Origin: Candidatus Hydrogenedentota bacterium
Lineage (GTDB): Bacteria > Hydrogenedentota > Hydrogenedentia > Hydrogenedentales > JAEUWI01
Length of the DNA: 64,000 nucleotides
Reading direction: 5' to 3'
Assembly: GCA_034669905.1 (NCBI GenBank)
Contig: JAXMOL010000033.1
Coordinates: 1-64,000, forward strand
The stretch's first letter is position 1. Every line of letters begins with the position of its first letter. A program made the position numbers and the translations under genes. Shown here in pieces: positions 9,062-19,071 of the stretch. The notes under the pieces were generated by a model. It saw only the letters and a list, made by a program, of their open reading frames with translations, did not search any database and was not told the origin of the DNA.

Positions 9062-9814
9062 CTAAATCCCGCCCTCGGCTTCAAGCCGTTCAGGAACGGC
9101 ATTGCCTTCCACGCGAAATTCCACCGGGATGCCGAGGCATTCGCGAATTGCATTGGCCAGGGGGCGCGCTGTTTCTACGGTGGCGATGTAGTTGCTTTCC
9201 GGTGCATAGACTTCGTGGTACACGGTGAGGCGATGTGGCGCGAACTGGCACCAGCCCGTTTCCATCAGGGTCATCGGAGGGGTTACAGACTGTGCCTGAA
9301 GCTGGAGTTCCACGCCCACCACGTCGCGGAAGTGTCTCCGCACGGTATTTCCGTCCTCATCGACGATATCCAGCGAAGTGGACGTTTCCCCCAGTTCATG
9401 GTGGAACTGCACCACGAAAGAGACGGGTTCCGTCAGCAGATAGGTCCGCTGCCTCCCGCCACGGGCATGGTGCTCCAGCACCAGCGTATCGCCATCCCGC
9501 CGCCGCAGGATGGCTTCCCGAAAGCCCATGATACCCAGACCTTGCTGAAGCACCGCGAGGCAAAAGAATGTGCCGAGGCCAGTGACCAGAAGGTGAACGC
9601 CCCAATGCAAGGTGTAGTCCGTTTGGTAGAGGGCCGCCAGGAGAATGACGTAGAGGCCCAGCGGCAGGAAGGCAAACAGGAGGAGGGCGAGCAACCAAAG
9701 GCCCCGCAAGTCGTACCGGGGAGACCGGACCTCCAATCGAATGCTACGGGAATCAAGCCGTGCGCGATATAGACCTTCGGTGTCGGGTAGAGGGATTTCG
9801 TGCAAATTGTTCAT
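9062..9814 (-). CDS. Hypothetical membrane protein (two TM helices)
   Basis: About 250 aa ORF with two hydrophobic segments and a GGAG RBS; no family recognised. Confidence 0.65.
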   Translation of the reverse strand: MNNLHEIPLPDTEGLYRARLDSRSIRLEVRSPRYDLRGLWLLALLLFAFLPLGLYVILLAALYQTDYTLHWGVHLLVTGLGTFFCLAVLQQGLGIMGFREAILRRRDGDTLVLEHHARGGRQRTYLLTEPVSFVVQFHHELGETSTSLDIVDEDGNTVRRHFRDVVGVELQLQAQSVTPPMTLMETGWCQFAPHRLTVYHEVYAPESNYIATVETARPLANAIRECLGIPVEFRVEGNAVPERLEAEGGI

Positions 9815-9949
9815 GGCGGACAATCTCCGCAGGTGATCCAGCCCCCATCAGCCCCCCTTTAGTTCCAGCATAGACCCTTTCCCGGTGGGCGTCAAGACCA
9901 ATGTTGAAAACAAGTCGCCGGGTTCCTATAGAGCGCGGCGAATCCACCC

Positions 9950-11377
9950 TTACGCGAGTACTTTCTCCACCACTTTTCCCGCTACATCCGTGAGGCGATA
10001 GTCCCGGCCCTGATGGCGGTAGGTGAGGCGTTCGTGGTTGATGCCGAGGCAATGGAGTATCGTGGCCTGCAGGTCGTGGACGTGGACGGGGTCTTCGGTG
10101 ATGTGGAAGCCGAGCTCGTCGGTGGCGCCGACGACGGTGCCGGGTTTGATGCCGCCACCGGCCATCCACAGGCTGAAGGCAAAGGGATGGTGGTCCCGTC
10201 CTTCCTGACCCGGGGTGTTTCCCCGACGGATTTCATTCATGGGGGTTCGCCCAAATTCTCCGCCCCAGATAACCAACGTTTCGTCGAGGAGTCCCCGTTG
10301 TTTCAAATCCTTAATCAGCGCCGCGCAGGGCAGGTCGGTCATGGCGCAGTTTATCTTCAGGTTTTTGTTCAGCTCCGAGTGGTCGTCCCACGTGGAGTGG
10401 TAAAGCTGCACAAAGCGCACGCCCCGCTCCACCATGCGCCGGGCCATGAGGCAGTTGGTGCCAAAGGGCGTGGTGATATCCTGGTCGAGGCCATACATCT
10501 TTTTCGTGGCGTCGGTCTCGTCGGAAAAATCCAACAGGCCCGGGACGGACAGCTGCATGTTGAAGGCCATTTCATAGGCCGCGATGCGCGAGGCGATTTC
10601 CTGGTCGCCCGTTTTTTCCAGATGGTGTTGATTGAGATCGGCCAGGGCATCGATGCGGGCCCGCTGGGCATCGTGACTGACGCCTTTCGGGTTAGAGAGG
10701 TAGAGCACAGGGTCGCCACTGCTCCGAAAGGTAACCCCCCGATGGGACGAGGGCAGAAAACCATTGGACCAATTGGAAGAGCCGCCGTCGATACCCTTGC
10801 CCGAGTCGGAGGTGAGGACCACGAATCCGGGCAGGTTGTCGCATTCGCTGCCGAGTCCATAGCTCACCCAGCTTCCCATAGCGGGGTGGCCAAAGCGGGG
10901 CACGCCGCAATTCATCAATAACTGGGCGGGGTGGTGATTGCTCACGTCGGTGTGCATGGAGTGGACCATGCAAAGTTCATCGGCGATGGATCCGGTGTGG
11001 GGCAGAAAGTCAGAGAACTCCATGCCGCTCTCGCCATAGTGCTGGAAGGTGCGGGGACTGGCAAAGACCTGGGCCGTGCTCTTCATGAGCTGGTCCTGGA
11101 GGCCTTTCATAAAGTGTGCGGGCACCGGGGTGCCGTGCCACTTGGTCATAATGGGTTTGGGGGCGATGAGATCATATTGAGACGGCGCGCCCGCCATAAA
11201 GAGGTAGATGACATTCTTTGCCCGGGGCGCAATGTGGGGGACGAGGGATTCTGCCGCCTGGGCCGCCCGGCCTTCCCGGGAAAGGAGGCCGTGCAGGGCG
11301 ATGGTACCGATGCCGCCCGCGCACGAGCGAAAAAAATCCCGTCGGCTCTGGATGCTGCGAAAGCGTTGGGTGTCCAT
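9950..11377 (-). CDS. DUF1501 domain protein (sulfatase-like, Tat-type SRRDFF leader)
   Basis: AKNVIYLFMAGAPSQ, ARRMVERGVRFVQ, WDDH, WGGEFGRTP and GRDHHP motifs. Confidence 0.93.
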   Translation of the reverse strand: MDTQRFRSIQSRRDFFRSCAGGIGTIALHGLLSREGRAAQAAESLVPHIAPRAKNVIYLFMAGAPSQYDLIAPKPIMTKWHGTPVPAHFMKGLQDQLMKSTAQVFASPRTFQHYGESGMEFSDFLPHTGSIADELCMVHSMHTDVSNHHPAQLLMNCGVPRFGHPAMGSWVSYGLGSECDNLPGFVVLTSDSGKGIDGGSSNWSNGFLPSSHRGVTFRSSGDPVLYLSNPKGVSHDAQRARIDALADLNQHHLEKTGDQEIASRIAAYEMAFNMQLSVPGLLDFSDETDATKKMYGLDQDITTPFGTNCLMARRMVERGVRFVQLYHSTWDDHSELNKNLKINCAMTDLPCAALIKDLKQRGLLDETLVIWGGEFGRTPMNEIRRGNTPGQEGRDHHPFAFSLWMAGGGIKPGTVVGATDELGFHITEDPVHVHDLQATILHCLGINHERLTYRHQGRDYRLTDVAGKVVEKVLA

Positions 11378-11381
11378 GGGC

Positions 11382-13931
11382 CTATTCCTTCGTGATGAAT
11401 TCGTCGAGATTAAGTATGACACTACACACCATGACCCAGGCGGCCGACTCGGGTTCCTCCTGGAGGGGCGCGAAGTCACGCACCATGGCTGGGATGGAAT
11501 CCGGTGAAGCGGCGCGGCGGGAATGCTCCTCGTCGAAATAGCGACGTAGCCGTTCGCGCTCGGTGGCATCGGGATAGCGCGCGAGACAACGGAGGAAGGC
11601 GTCGTCCAGTCGGGCATCCCAATCGGTGATGGGGATGGTCGTTGCCGCGAGATGGCGTGCCGCGTCGACGAAGGTGACATCATTGAGCAGGTTCAGGGCC
11701 TGGAGGGGGGTGTTGGAACGTTCCCGTCGGGTGCAGGCCCGGTTGGTGTCGGGGAAATCGAAGTTGACGGATTGGCCAAAGGGCGACGTGCGCTGAATAA
11801 AGGTGTAAAGTCCCCGGCGATAGCGGTCTGGCCCTTCGTCCGCGACCCAGGTCTGGTCAAAGGCTTCCTTGGTCACACTGTCAGGCTGGGGTGGCCGCAC
11901 GCTGGGTCCGCCAATGGCCCGGTGCAGGAGACCACTCGCCGCGAGGGCATTGTCCCGCGTGAGCTCGGCCGAAAGACGGGCGCGGTTCTGGCGCGCCAGC
12001 AAGACGTTCCCGGGATCCTGTTCCTGGCGGTCGGCGCGCGCGTCGGATTGCTGGCGGTAGGTGGACGATAGGACCATGGTCTTGAGGAGGGCCTTCACGT
12101 CCCAGCCACTTTCCACGAAGTGGACGGCGAGCCAATCCAGCAAATCAGGATGGCTTGGGCGGGCACCCCGTACCCCGAAGTCATCAGACGTGGCCACGAT
12201 GCCCCGACCAAAGAGTTCCTGCCAGAAGCGGTTGACGGTCACCCGCGGGGTGAGGGGATTCTCGGGGGCGACGAGCCACTGGGCCAGATCGAGTCGGTCC
12301 GGTGGGCCATCGGGCGTGAAGGGATGGAGGGCTTCCGGCGTGCCCATGCCGACGGGTTCTTTGGGTGCGCGAAAATCGCCACGGTGCATAATGTGGGTTG
12401 GGCGCGGGTCGCGACTTGCCCGCATGGCCGGTGCGCGGCTCATGGGGGGAATGGCTTTTTTCAGTTCCGCAATCCGGGCGGCCAGTTCGCTGATTTTCAG
12501 TTCCTTGAAGCGGGCTTCATCCACGAGGCTGCCTCGGGAAAAAAAGTAGTCCTGCAAGCGGAACTGCTCATCCAGCGTACGTTCGGCTACGGGTTTCCGG
12601 ACGATATAGGTGCCTTCCAATTGGCCTTCGCCGAAGTTTTGGCCCCAGATTAACCCCAGGACTTCCCAGGCGCGGTCCCAGTGGTAATTGCCTTCGCCCG
12701 GGTGGTCGGCGGCCCACATCATTTTCTCTTCCCACTGGCCCTGCAATGCGGCCAGCGCGTCGGCCACGGGTTCGAGGAGGGCGATGCGGGCGGCGGCGTA
12801 TTCGTTCCACGCCGCTTCATAGGGGGCGGCCTGGCCGGGGAGGGGAGCGTTAATGTTCACCTCATCGGCGTTATTGAAGAAGGCATAGAACGCATAGAAC
12901 TCGCGCTGGGAGATGGGGTCGTACTTGTGATCGTGGCACCGGGCGCACTCCATGGTCTCCGCGAGCCACACGGTGCCCACCGATATGACCCGCTCGGTGG
13001 CCTGCATGACCCGGTACTCTTCCAGGTCGGCACCGCCCTCCCGATTGGCGAGGGTATTGCGCAAGAAGCCCGTGCCCATCTGTTGATCCACCGTGGCCTG
13101 GGGCAAGAGGTCGCCCGCGATCTGACGGATCGTGAATTGGTCGAAGGGGAGGTTGGCGTTCAGGGCATCCACCACCCACTGGCGATAGCGCCAGGCCTGG
13201 GGGCGTTGGAAGTCGGAGAGGAAGCCATCGCTGTCCGCGTAGCCCGCGAGGTCGAGCCACCACCGGGCCCACTTTTCACCGAAGTGGGGGGAGGCCAGCA
13301 AGCGATCTACCTGGCGCGCATAGGCGTCGGGTGACGTGTCGGAGAGAAAGGTAAGTAGGTCGTCGGTGCTTGGCGGCAGTCCGATCAGGTCGAGGTGGAG
13401 CCGTCGGAGAAGCGTCCGTTTGTCGGCTTCGGGCGACGGGTGGGTACCGGCTTTTTCCAGTCGGGCGAGGATGAAGGCGTCGATGGCATTACGTGGCCAG
13501 TCGACATTCGTCACGGCCGGTGGCGCGGGCCGGTTGGGTGGGGTATAGGCCCAGTGTGTTTCCCAGGGCGCGCCGGCATCAATCCACGCACCGAGGCGCG
13601 CGATCTGGGTTTCGCTCAGGCCGTCGCCCGTCTCCAACGGGGGCATGCGGTCGTCGTCGGTGGCGTTGATGCGCTGAAAGAGGGCGCTCCCATGTCGGTC
13701 CCCCGGTATGACGGCAATGGCCTCTGATTTCAACAGCGCCTTGGCGCCTGCTTCTGTGTCAAGGCGCAGGCCTGCCTCCCGCGCGGCGCCATCGGCACCG
13801 TGGCACTTGAAACAGTGGTCGGCGAGGATAGGGAGGATGTCGCGATTAAAGCGGGGGGCTTCCGCAAATGCGGCGAAAGGCGTTCCCAGCAGGTGGAGGG
13901 ACAAGAGGCCGAGTAGTATGGTCCGAATCAC
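11382..13931 (-). CDS. PSD1 / planctomycete cytochrome c protein (DUF1549 + DUF1553)
   Basis: CFKCH and CARCHDHKYDP heme motifs; LLRRLHLDLIGLPP; NRFWQELFGRG; NTPLQALNLLN. Confidence 0.93.
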   Translation of the reverse strand: MIRTILLGLLSLHLLGTPFAAFAEAPRFNRDILPILADHCFKCHGADGAAREAGLRLDTEAGAKALLKSEAIAVIPGDRHGSALFQRINATDDDRMPPLETGDGLSETQIARLGAWIDAGAPWETHWAYTPPNRPAPPAVTNVDWPRNAIDAFILARLEKAGTHPSPEADKRTLLRRLHLDLIGLPPSTDDLLTFLSDTSPDAYARQVDRLLASPHFGEKWARWWLDLAGYADSDGFLSDFQRPQAWRYRQWVVDALNANLPFDQFTIRQIAGDLLPQATVDQQMGTGFLRNTLANREGGADLEEYRVMQATERVISVGTVWLAETMECARCHDHKYDPISQREFYAFYAFFNNADEVNINAPLPGQAAPYEAAWNEYAAARIALLEPVADALAALQGQWEEKMMWAADHPGEGNYHWDRAWEVLGLIWGQNFGEGQLEGTYIVRKPVAERTLDEQFRLQDYFFSRGSLVDEARFKELKISELAARIAELKKAIPPMSRAPAMRASRDPRPTHIMHRGDFRAPKEPVGMGTPEALHPFTPDGPPDRLDLAQWLVAPENPLTPRVTVNRFWQELFGRGIVATSDDFGVRGARPSHPDLLDWLAVHFVESGWDVKALLKTMVLSSTYRQQSDARADRQEQDPGNVLLARQNRARLSAELTRDNALAASGLLHRAIGGPSVRPPQPDSVTKEAFDQTWVADEGPDRYRRGLYTFIQRTSPFGQSVNFDFPDTNRACTRRERSNTPLQALNLLNDVTFVDAARHLAATTIPITDWDARLDDAFLRCLARYPDATERERLRRYFDEEHSRRAASPDSIPAMVRDFAPLQEEPESAAWVMVCSVILNLDEFITKE

Positions 13932-14025
13932 AGAAAATACCTCGTACAATAGAATCTGAGCGCAGCCCCACAATGTCACTATAGATTACGGTACTGACTT
14001 TCGGCGGGAAAGGCAAGGGGAGCTT

Positions 14026-14109
14026 TGAAGGGTGAAGGGTGAAGGGTGAAGGGTGAAGGGTGAAGGGTGAAGGGTGAAGGGTGAAGGGTGAAGGGTGAAG
14101 GGTGAAGGG
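14026..14109 (+). repeat. Perfect heptamer tandem repeat (TGAAGGG)12
   Basis: 84 bp, 12 exact units, between divergent genes. Confidence 0.98.
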
Positions 14110-14181
14110 CGGCGGTTGGTGCTTGGGCGTGTTGCCGCGTACAATGGCGTCTCTCTATACGTTGGTCACGGAAGGATATTC

Positions 14182-15039
14182 ATGAAGAAATGTATCAGTT
14201 ATTGGACGCTCGGCGGATTCGAGGGCGAAGTTCCTGTAGTGGAGGCGGCACAGGCGGCCCACGATCTGGGTTTTGACGCCATTGAATTGTGCTATGGCGC
14301 GGGAGAGTTGGTGCCGGAAGCCACGCCGGAGACCCTGGCGGAGATTCGTCGGGCGTGTGAAGCCATCGGTATTGCATTGCCGTCGTTGTGCTCGGGAAAC
14401 TACTGGAGCATTTCGCTGTGCTCGGAAGACGAAAGCGAGCGGCAGGCTGCCTTAGAATTTAGCAAAGCCTATATCGGGTGCGCAGCAGCGCTGGGTGCCG
14501 ACACGGTCTTAGTGCTGCCGGGTACGGTGGAAGTGCCGTGGAATCCGGAGCGTCCTGTTGTGCCGGCGAAACGTGCGTGGGAGCTTGCCCAGCAATCGCT
14601 GACGGAATTGATTCCCGTGGCGGAATCCCACGGCGTGGTCATGGCCCTGGAAAACGTGTGGAGCAAATTCCTCACGGGCCCCTTCGAGTTTGCGGCCTTC
14701 GTCGATGCCTTGTCGTCGCCCTGGGTGAAGTGCTATTTCGACGTGGGCAACGTGGCGATTAACGGTTATCCGGAGCACTGGATCGAGATCCTGGGGGACC
14801 GCATTGCGCGCGTCCACGTGAAAGGTTTCAAGGGGCACGATGGCGGCGGCACGCTGGCCGACTTCACGGAAAGCCATTTCGACAGCACCATTAACTGGAC
14901 GGCCGTGCTGGCGGCCTTACGTGCGATTGGCTACGACAGCTACCTCACCGCCGAGCTGATTGTCAGTGCGAATGGCCTGCCGGACAAGGCGCTGGCGGAG
15001 AAGGCGGCGAAAGAGTTGAGTGAACTCATCACCATGTAG
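14182..15039 (+). CDS. Sugar phosphate isomerase/epimerase (xylose isomerase-like TIM barrel)
   Basis: GFDAIEL, ALENVW, YFDVGN, VHVK and LTAE metal-binding pattern; AAGGA RBS. Confidence 0.9.
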   Translation: MKKCISYWTLGGFEGEVPVVEAAQAAHDLGFDAIELCYGAGELVPEATPETLAEIRRACEAIGIALPSLCSGNYWSISLCSEDESERQAALEFSKAYIGCAAALGADTVLVLPGTVEVPWNPERPVVPAKRAWELAQQSLTELIPVAESHGVVMALENVWSKFLTGPFEFAAFVDALSSPWVKCYFDVGNVAINGYPEHWIEILGDRIARVHVKGFKGHDGGGTLADFTESHFDSTINWTAVLAALRAIGYDSYLTAELIVSANGLPDKALAEKAAKELSELITM

Positions 15040-15146
15040 TGCGCTTGATCCTTGTGGATTGGTGTTTTCCGGGGCACTCGTTCTAAGGTTTTGGAAAAGT
15101 GGTGGTGTTAAATAACCGGATTTTATGAAGCCGGATAAACTTCGCT

Positions 15147-15319
15147 ACGTGCCGCGCGATCCCCAAAAGGCGAGTATCAACGAGTCCTGACGGGTTCGTG
15201 CGTGTGTCGTCGTATCGAACACGCAATGAGCAATGGCAAGGGCCAGTTTGTTGCTCCAATCGCACGAACTCTCCTACGGCGAGTCTTCGACCCTCGTTCC
15301 TCGGGATCGCGCGGCACGT
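15147..15319. repeat. Inverted-repeat element with perfect 17 bp terminal repeats
   Basis: ACGTGCCGCGCGATCCC / GGGATCGCGCGGCACGT; internal ACGAACTCTCCTACGGCGAGTCTTCGAC. Confidence 0.8.
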
Positions 15320-15375
15320 CCGATATCATTCATAACGAGAAATACTATAGGCTTCCCCACTTTTGCCCTGACGCC

Positions 15376-17616
15376 TCATTTTTCGGTCTCCATCACGATG
15401 CGGAGTCCGAAGCCCACGCCGGGCGCATAGCCATAGCGCGCCGCCGAGCGAATAAAGGCGGCCTTGCTTTTGGACTGGCCGCCCCGCAATACCTTAGCCC
15501 CGTTTCCGGGCGGCCCCGTTGGGTCGGTCACGGGCTCCGTGCTGTAGCGTCTTCCCACGTTGTCGAGGCAATACTGGGCCTGGTTGCCGTGCATGTCATA
15601 GAGTCCCCAGGGGTTGGGCGGATACTGGGCCACGGACACGTTCTTACCGATGTAGTTGCCCGCCGGATTGAAGCGGGTTGCTTGTTTGCCGTCAAAGTTC
15701 GCCTGGTCCGTGGAGATGGTGTCCCCCGTGTAGAAGGCGGTGGTCGTGCCGGCGCGACAGGCGTACTCCCATTCCGCTTCGGTGGGAAGGCGGAAGGTGC
15801 GCCCGGTTTTCTGGCTCAGCAATTCGCAGAACTCAACGCCCTCAAACCAGGTCACTTCGTGGGCCGGAAAATTTTCCTGCCCTTTCCGGGTGCGCCGTTC
15901 CGTGGGCCCCATGACGGTGACATACTGACGGTTGGTGATGAGGGTCGTGCCCATGAAGAAGGGCCGGCTGATGGTGACGGGCTGTTGGGGGTGTTCTTCC
16001 GGTTCGCCGCCCTCACTCTCCGGGGAGCCCATGAGAAAGGTGCCCGCGGGAATGGGCGCGAGGTCGAGGTGGATCGTGTCGCCAAGCCATACGCGCGCGA
16101 TGCCGTCCTGCGCGTCGATGCGCACGTCCATGGCGGCAAGCTTGGCATCCCGCGCCGCTTTGTGCGCCTCCGCTTCGGCCTTCATGCGCGCGTCGTAGGC
16201 GTTCTTTCCGTCCATGGTCCGCTGTAGGGCCGCCTGCTGTTGCGCGAGGAAGGGAGCCTTTTCCAGCTGCACGTTTTCCTCGGGATGGCGGGGGTTCGTA
16301 CCGTTCAGGTATTCCTCGAGGTTGGGGTAGCCATCGCCATCGGGATCGTTGAGGTAGTCCTCCATGGCGACCGTGTCGAGGTCGTGTTCCAATTCCCAGG
16401 CATCCGGCATGCCGTCTCCATCGGTGTCCGCTGGTGGGTCGTCACTCACCAGCTCGGGCCAGCCGCCCACGTCCTTCGGGGAGTCGATGATGCGCCCCGT
16501 GCCGGTGCGGATTTCTTCCAGGAGCCGTGCGTCGGCGCTATCGCGTCGGGGCAAGGTCGCGCCGGATTCCGCCAGCACCCTTTCGAATGCTTCTGAAGCG
16601 CTCTCCGTGGCAACGGCGACGGTGGGAAAAGGGGCATCCACGGTGACGATGTCTCGTATGGTCTCCGCTTCAAATCCGCGGAGGGGTTTCAGAAGCAGGT
16701 GGTTGTTGGCTGTTTCATCGGATTGCCCTTCCAGCACATTGCCCTCAAGAAAAATGCGGGGTGCATCATCGCCGGGTTCAAAGACATAGGTGCGCACGGA
16801 CTTGCGAGTGGACGGTCCCGCCTTGAAGTAGTTGTTGATGTAGTTGATGAAGCCCGGTCCCTGGGTGGTGTAGCCACCGCGATAGCCCCAGTTGTAGACG
16901 ATGTTGTTGCGGAAATCGAGGACGATATTGTTGACCCGGGCGTTGCGCGCGGCGTTGTGGGCATAGATGTTGTGGTGGAGCGAGAAGCCCCCTTTTCCAT
17001 CGAGGATGGAGCCCTTGCTGTGCTCGCCTTTCGGGTGAAAGGAGCGGGAGAGGCCCTCGGCGATGATGCTCCACTGAACCGTGATATTGGATGCGCCGAA
17101 GGTGCTGAGCACTTCGTCGACGGCCCAGGTCATGGAGCAGTGATCGAGGATGACGTTGTTGCCGCCAAAAATGCCTACGGTCAGTTGTTCTTCCTGCGGG
17201 GCGTCACCCGAGCGCATGCGCAGGTGTCGCAGGATAACATCGTGGGTTGCGACGACGAACATGTGGTCTTTGAGCGCAATGCCATCGCCGGGTGCGGTCT
17301 GTCCGGCGATGGTGACGAAGGGATGGCGCACATAGAGGTCTGTTTTCAGGGCGATGGTGCCACTGACGCGAAACAGAATGTAGCGGGGCCCTTTGGCATC
17401 GATGGCCGCGCGCAGGCTCCCGGCCACAGGGCCTTCCTCGCCGGGCACATAGTCTTCCAGGGTGGTGACGAAGTGTATGGAGCCGCCCCGGCCCCCCGGC
17501 GTGGTGGCGCCGAATCCTTCGGCTTCGGGAAAGGCGCGAAGCAGGTGCTCCTGTGCGGGCACTGCGGTTGCACAGAGAAAGAGTAGGAAGACAGCGGGCC
17601 ATCGGTGGTACAGCAT
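15376..17616 (-). CDS. Secreted pectate lyase (PL1-like) fused to a C-terminal FGE/SUMF1 domain
   Basis: AFPEAEGFG..TPGGRGG, TIAGQTAPGDG, ILDHCSMTWAVDE, DTDGDGMPDAWE; then FLMGSP, RLPTEAEWEYACRAG, PNPWGLYDMHGN. Confidence 0.88.
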   Translation of the reverse strand: MLYHRWPAVFLLFLCATAVPAQEHLLRAFPEAEGFGATTPGGRGGSIHFVTTLEDYVPGEEGPVAGSLRAAIDAKGPRYILFRVSGTIALKTDLYVRHPFVTIAGQTAPGDGIALKDHMFVVATHDVILRHLRMRSGDAPQEEQLTVGIFGGNNVILDHCSMTWAVDEVLSTFGASNITVQWSIIAEGLSRSFHPKGEHSKGSILDGKGGFSLHHNIYAHNAARNARVNNIVLDFRNNIVYNWGYRGGYTTQGPGFINYINNYFKAGPSTRKSVRTYVFEPGDDAPRIFLEGNVLEGQSDETANNHLLLKPLRGFEAETIRDIVTVDAPFPTVAVATESASEAFERVLAESGATLPRRDSADARLLEEIRTGTGRIIDSPKDVGGWPELVSDDPPADTDGDGMPDAWELEHDLDTVAMEDYLNDPDGDGYPNLEEYLNGTNPRHPEENVQLEKAPFLAQQQAALQRTMDGKNAYDARMKAEAEAHKAARDAKLAAMDVRIDAQDGIARVWLGDTIHLDLAPIPAGTFLMGSPESEGGEPEEHPQQPVTISRPFFMGTTLITNRQYVTVMGPTERRTRKGQENFPAHEVTWFEGVEFCELLSQKTGRTFRLPTEAEWEYACRAGTTTAFYTGDTISTDQANFDGKQATRFNPAGNYIGKNVSVAQYPPNPWGLYDMHGNQAQYCLDNVGRRYSTEPVTDPTGPPGNGAKVLRGGQSKSKAAFIRSAARYGYAPGVGFGLRIVMETEK

Positions 17617-17768
17617 GGTAGGTAATTCCTGGATTTCTGGTCGTGACAGACGTTTCCCAGCGGGTTTCAGTGCAACCGAGGGATTGGGGGTCACTATAGG
17701 GAATTGGCGCCGGATACTACAATCCGACCAGCGTCAGGAAGGGGATGAGCCGCCTCGTACCCATGGTC

Positions 17769-18758
17769 TCAGTGCGCAACGGTGGCCAGCGCGATCGAAT
17801 ACAGCACAAAGCCCGCAAGAAAAACCGCGCCTTCCCGCCGCGAAAGGACGCCTCCGGAGCGCACGAAGGGAATCAGGGCGGCGGAGAAAAGGATCATGAC
17901 CGGAATCCCGATAAGGCCGGCCTGTGCCGTGATGGGCTGGGGGGCGAAGAGGGCACAGGTCCCCAGGATGCCGAGGATATTGAAGATGTTGGAGCCGATG
18001 AAGTTTCCCACCGCCACATCGGCACTCTTTCGACAGGCCGCTACGATGGAGGTGACAAGTTCGGGGAGGGACGTGCCCACGGCCACAATGGTCAGACCGA
18101 TGATGAATTCGGAGACCCCCCATGCCTGGGCAATCGATGTGGCGGCACCTACGAAGGCCTGGGAGCCGCCAATGAGGAGTGCCAACCCTGCGACACCCAG
18201 CAGGAGGTGCAGCGCAACGTATTTTTCGGGTAGGTCCTGCGGGCTCTGGGGCGTGAGGTGGGCCGCCTCCAGCTCGGCCTGTGCCGTTTTCTGGGTCTGT
18301 TTCATGGCCGCCCGATCGGCGATGTAGGCGGCACTGAGATAAAGGGTCAGGCCCACGAGGGAGAGGAGGCCTACCCATCCGGGAACGGCACCAAAGAGGA
18401 AATAGGAGCCGAGGGGCAGCAGGCAAACACCCAACGCCACGAACAGGTCCCGTCGCACGGCAGGAAAGGACACGGCAATGGGATGGATGAGTGCAGTCAA
18501 ACCGAGTATGAAGCCGATATTGAAAATGTTGGACCCAATGACGTTGCCCATGCTGATACCCGTGTTTCCGGCCAGCGTCGCGGAAAGGCTCGCCCCCAAT
18601 TCCGGTGAGGAGGTGCCAAAGCCCACCACGGTCAGGCCCACGAAGAGCGGCGATATGCCGAGACGTAGTGCGAGGAGCGAAGCGCCCCGTACGAAGAGTT
18701 CTGCACCGAGGGTCAATACCGCGATGGCAAGGAGTACGGTCAGGAAATCTATGAGCAT
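17769..18758 (-). CDS. Calcium/sodium antiporter (YrbG/CaCA family)
   Basis: Duplicated GLT.V..GTS.PEL and GN.IGSNIFN alpha-repeats. Confidence 0.93.
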   Translation of the reverse strand: MLIDFLTVLLAIAVLTLGAELFVRGASLLALRLGISPLFVGLTVVGFGTSSPELGASLSATLAGNTGISMGNVIGSNIFNIGFILGLTALIHPIAVSFPAVRRDLFVALGVCLLPLGSYFLFGAVPGWVGLLSLVGLTLYLSAAYIADRAAMKQTQKTAQAELEAAHLTPQSPQDLPEKYVALHLLLGVAGLALLIGGSQAFVGAATSIAQAWGVSEFIIGLTIVAVGTSLPELVTSIVAACRKSADVAVGNFIGSNIFNILGILGTCALFAPQPITAQAGLIGIPVMILFSAALIPFVRSGGVLSRREGAVFLAGFVLYSIALATVAH

Positions 18759-19071
18759 GGTGGTATGCCTTCTGGGCTGCGGCGGGGGGGGCGCCGCGCC
18801 CGTTCATCAGGGACGCTATAGCACACGAAAAGCCGGTAAGGAGCGTGTGCTCCTCAGCGCGCTACAGGGCGCGCCGCTTCCGTAGCGTACCACGGACCAC
18901 CGTTTTTTGCGTACTCGAATGATTCCATTATAAATATGGGATTAATGTGATTTGTGCCGACGTGTCGCCTTTTTATGGGTAATAAACCGGGTGAAATCTG
19001 GTAGACTTAAGGGTGTGCAATCATCGCAGTCGGAGGGACGTCGTCCCGGTGGTCAGGAAAGAGGAAATCCC

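Noticed and set aside
14095..14181. N-terminal extension of the epimerase ORF
   Set aside because: Begins inside the heptamer repeat; RBS and family start fit ATG 14182
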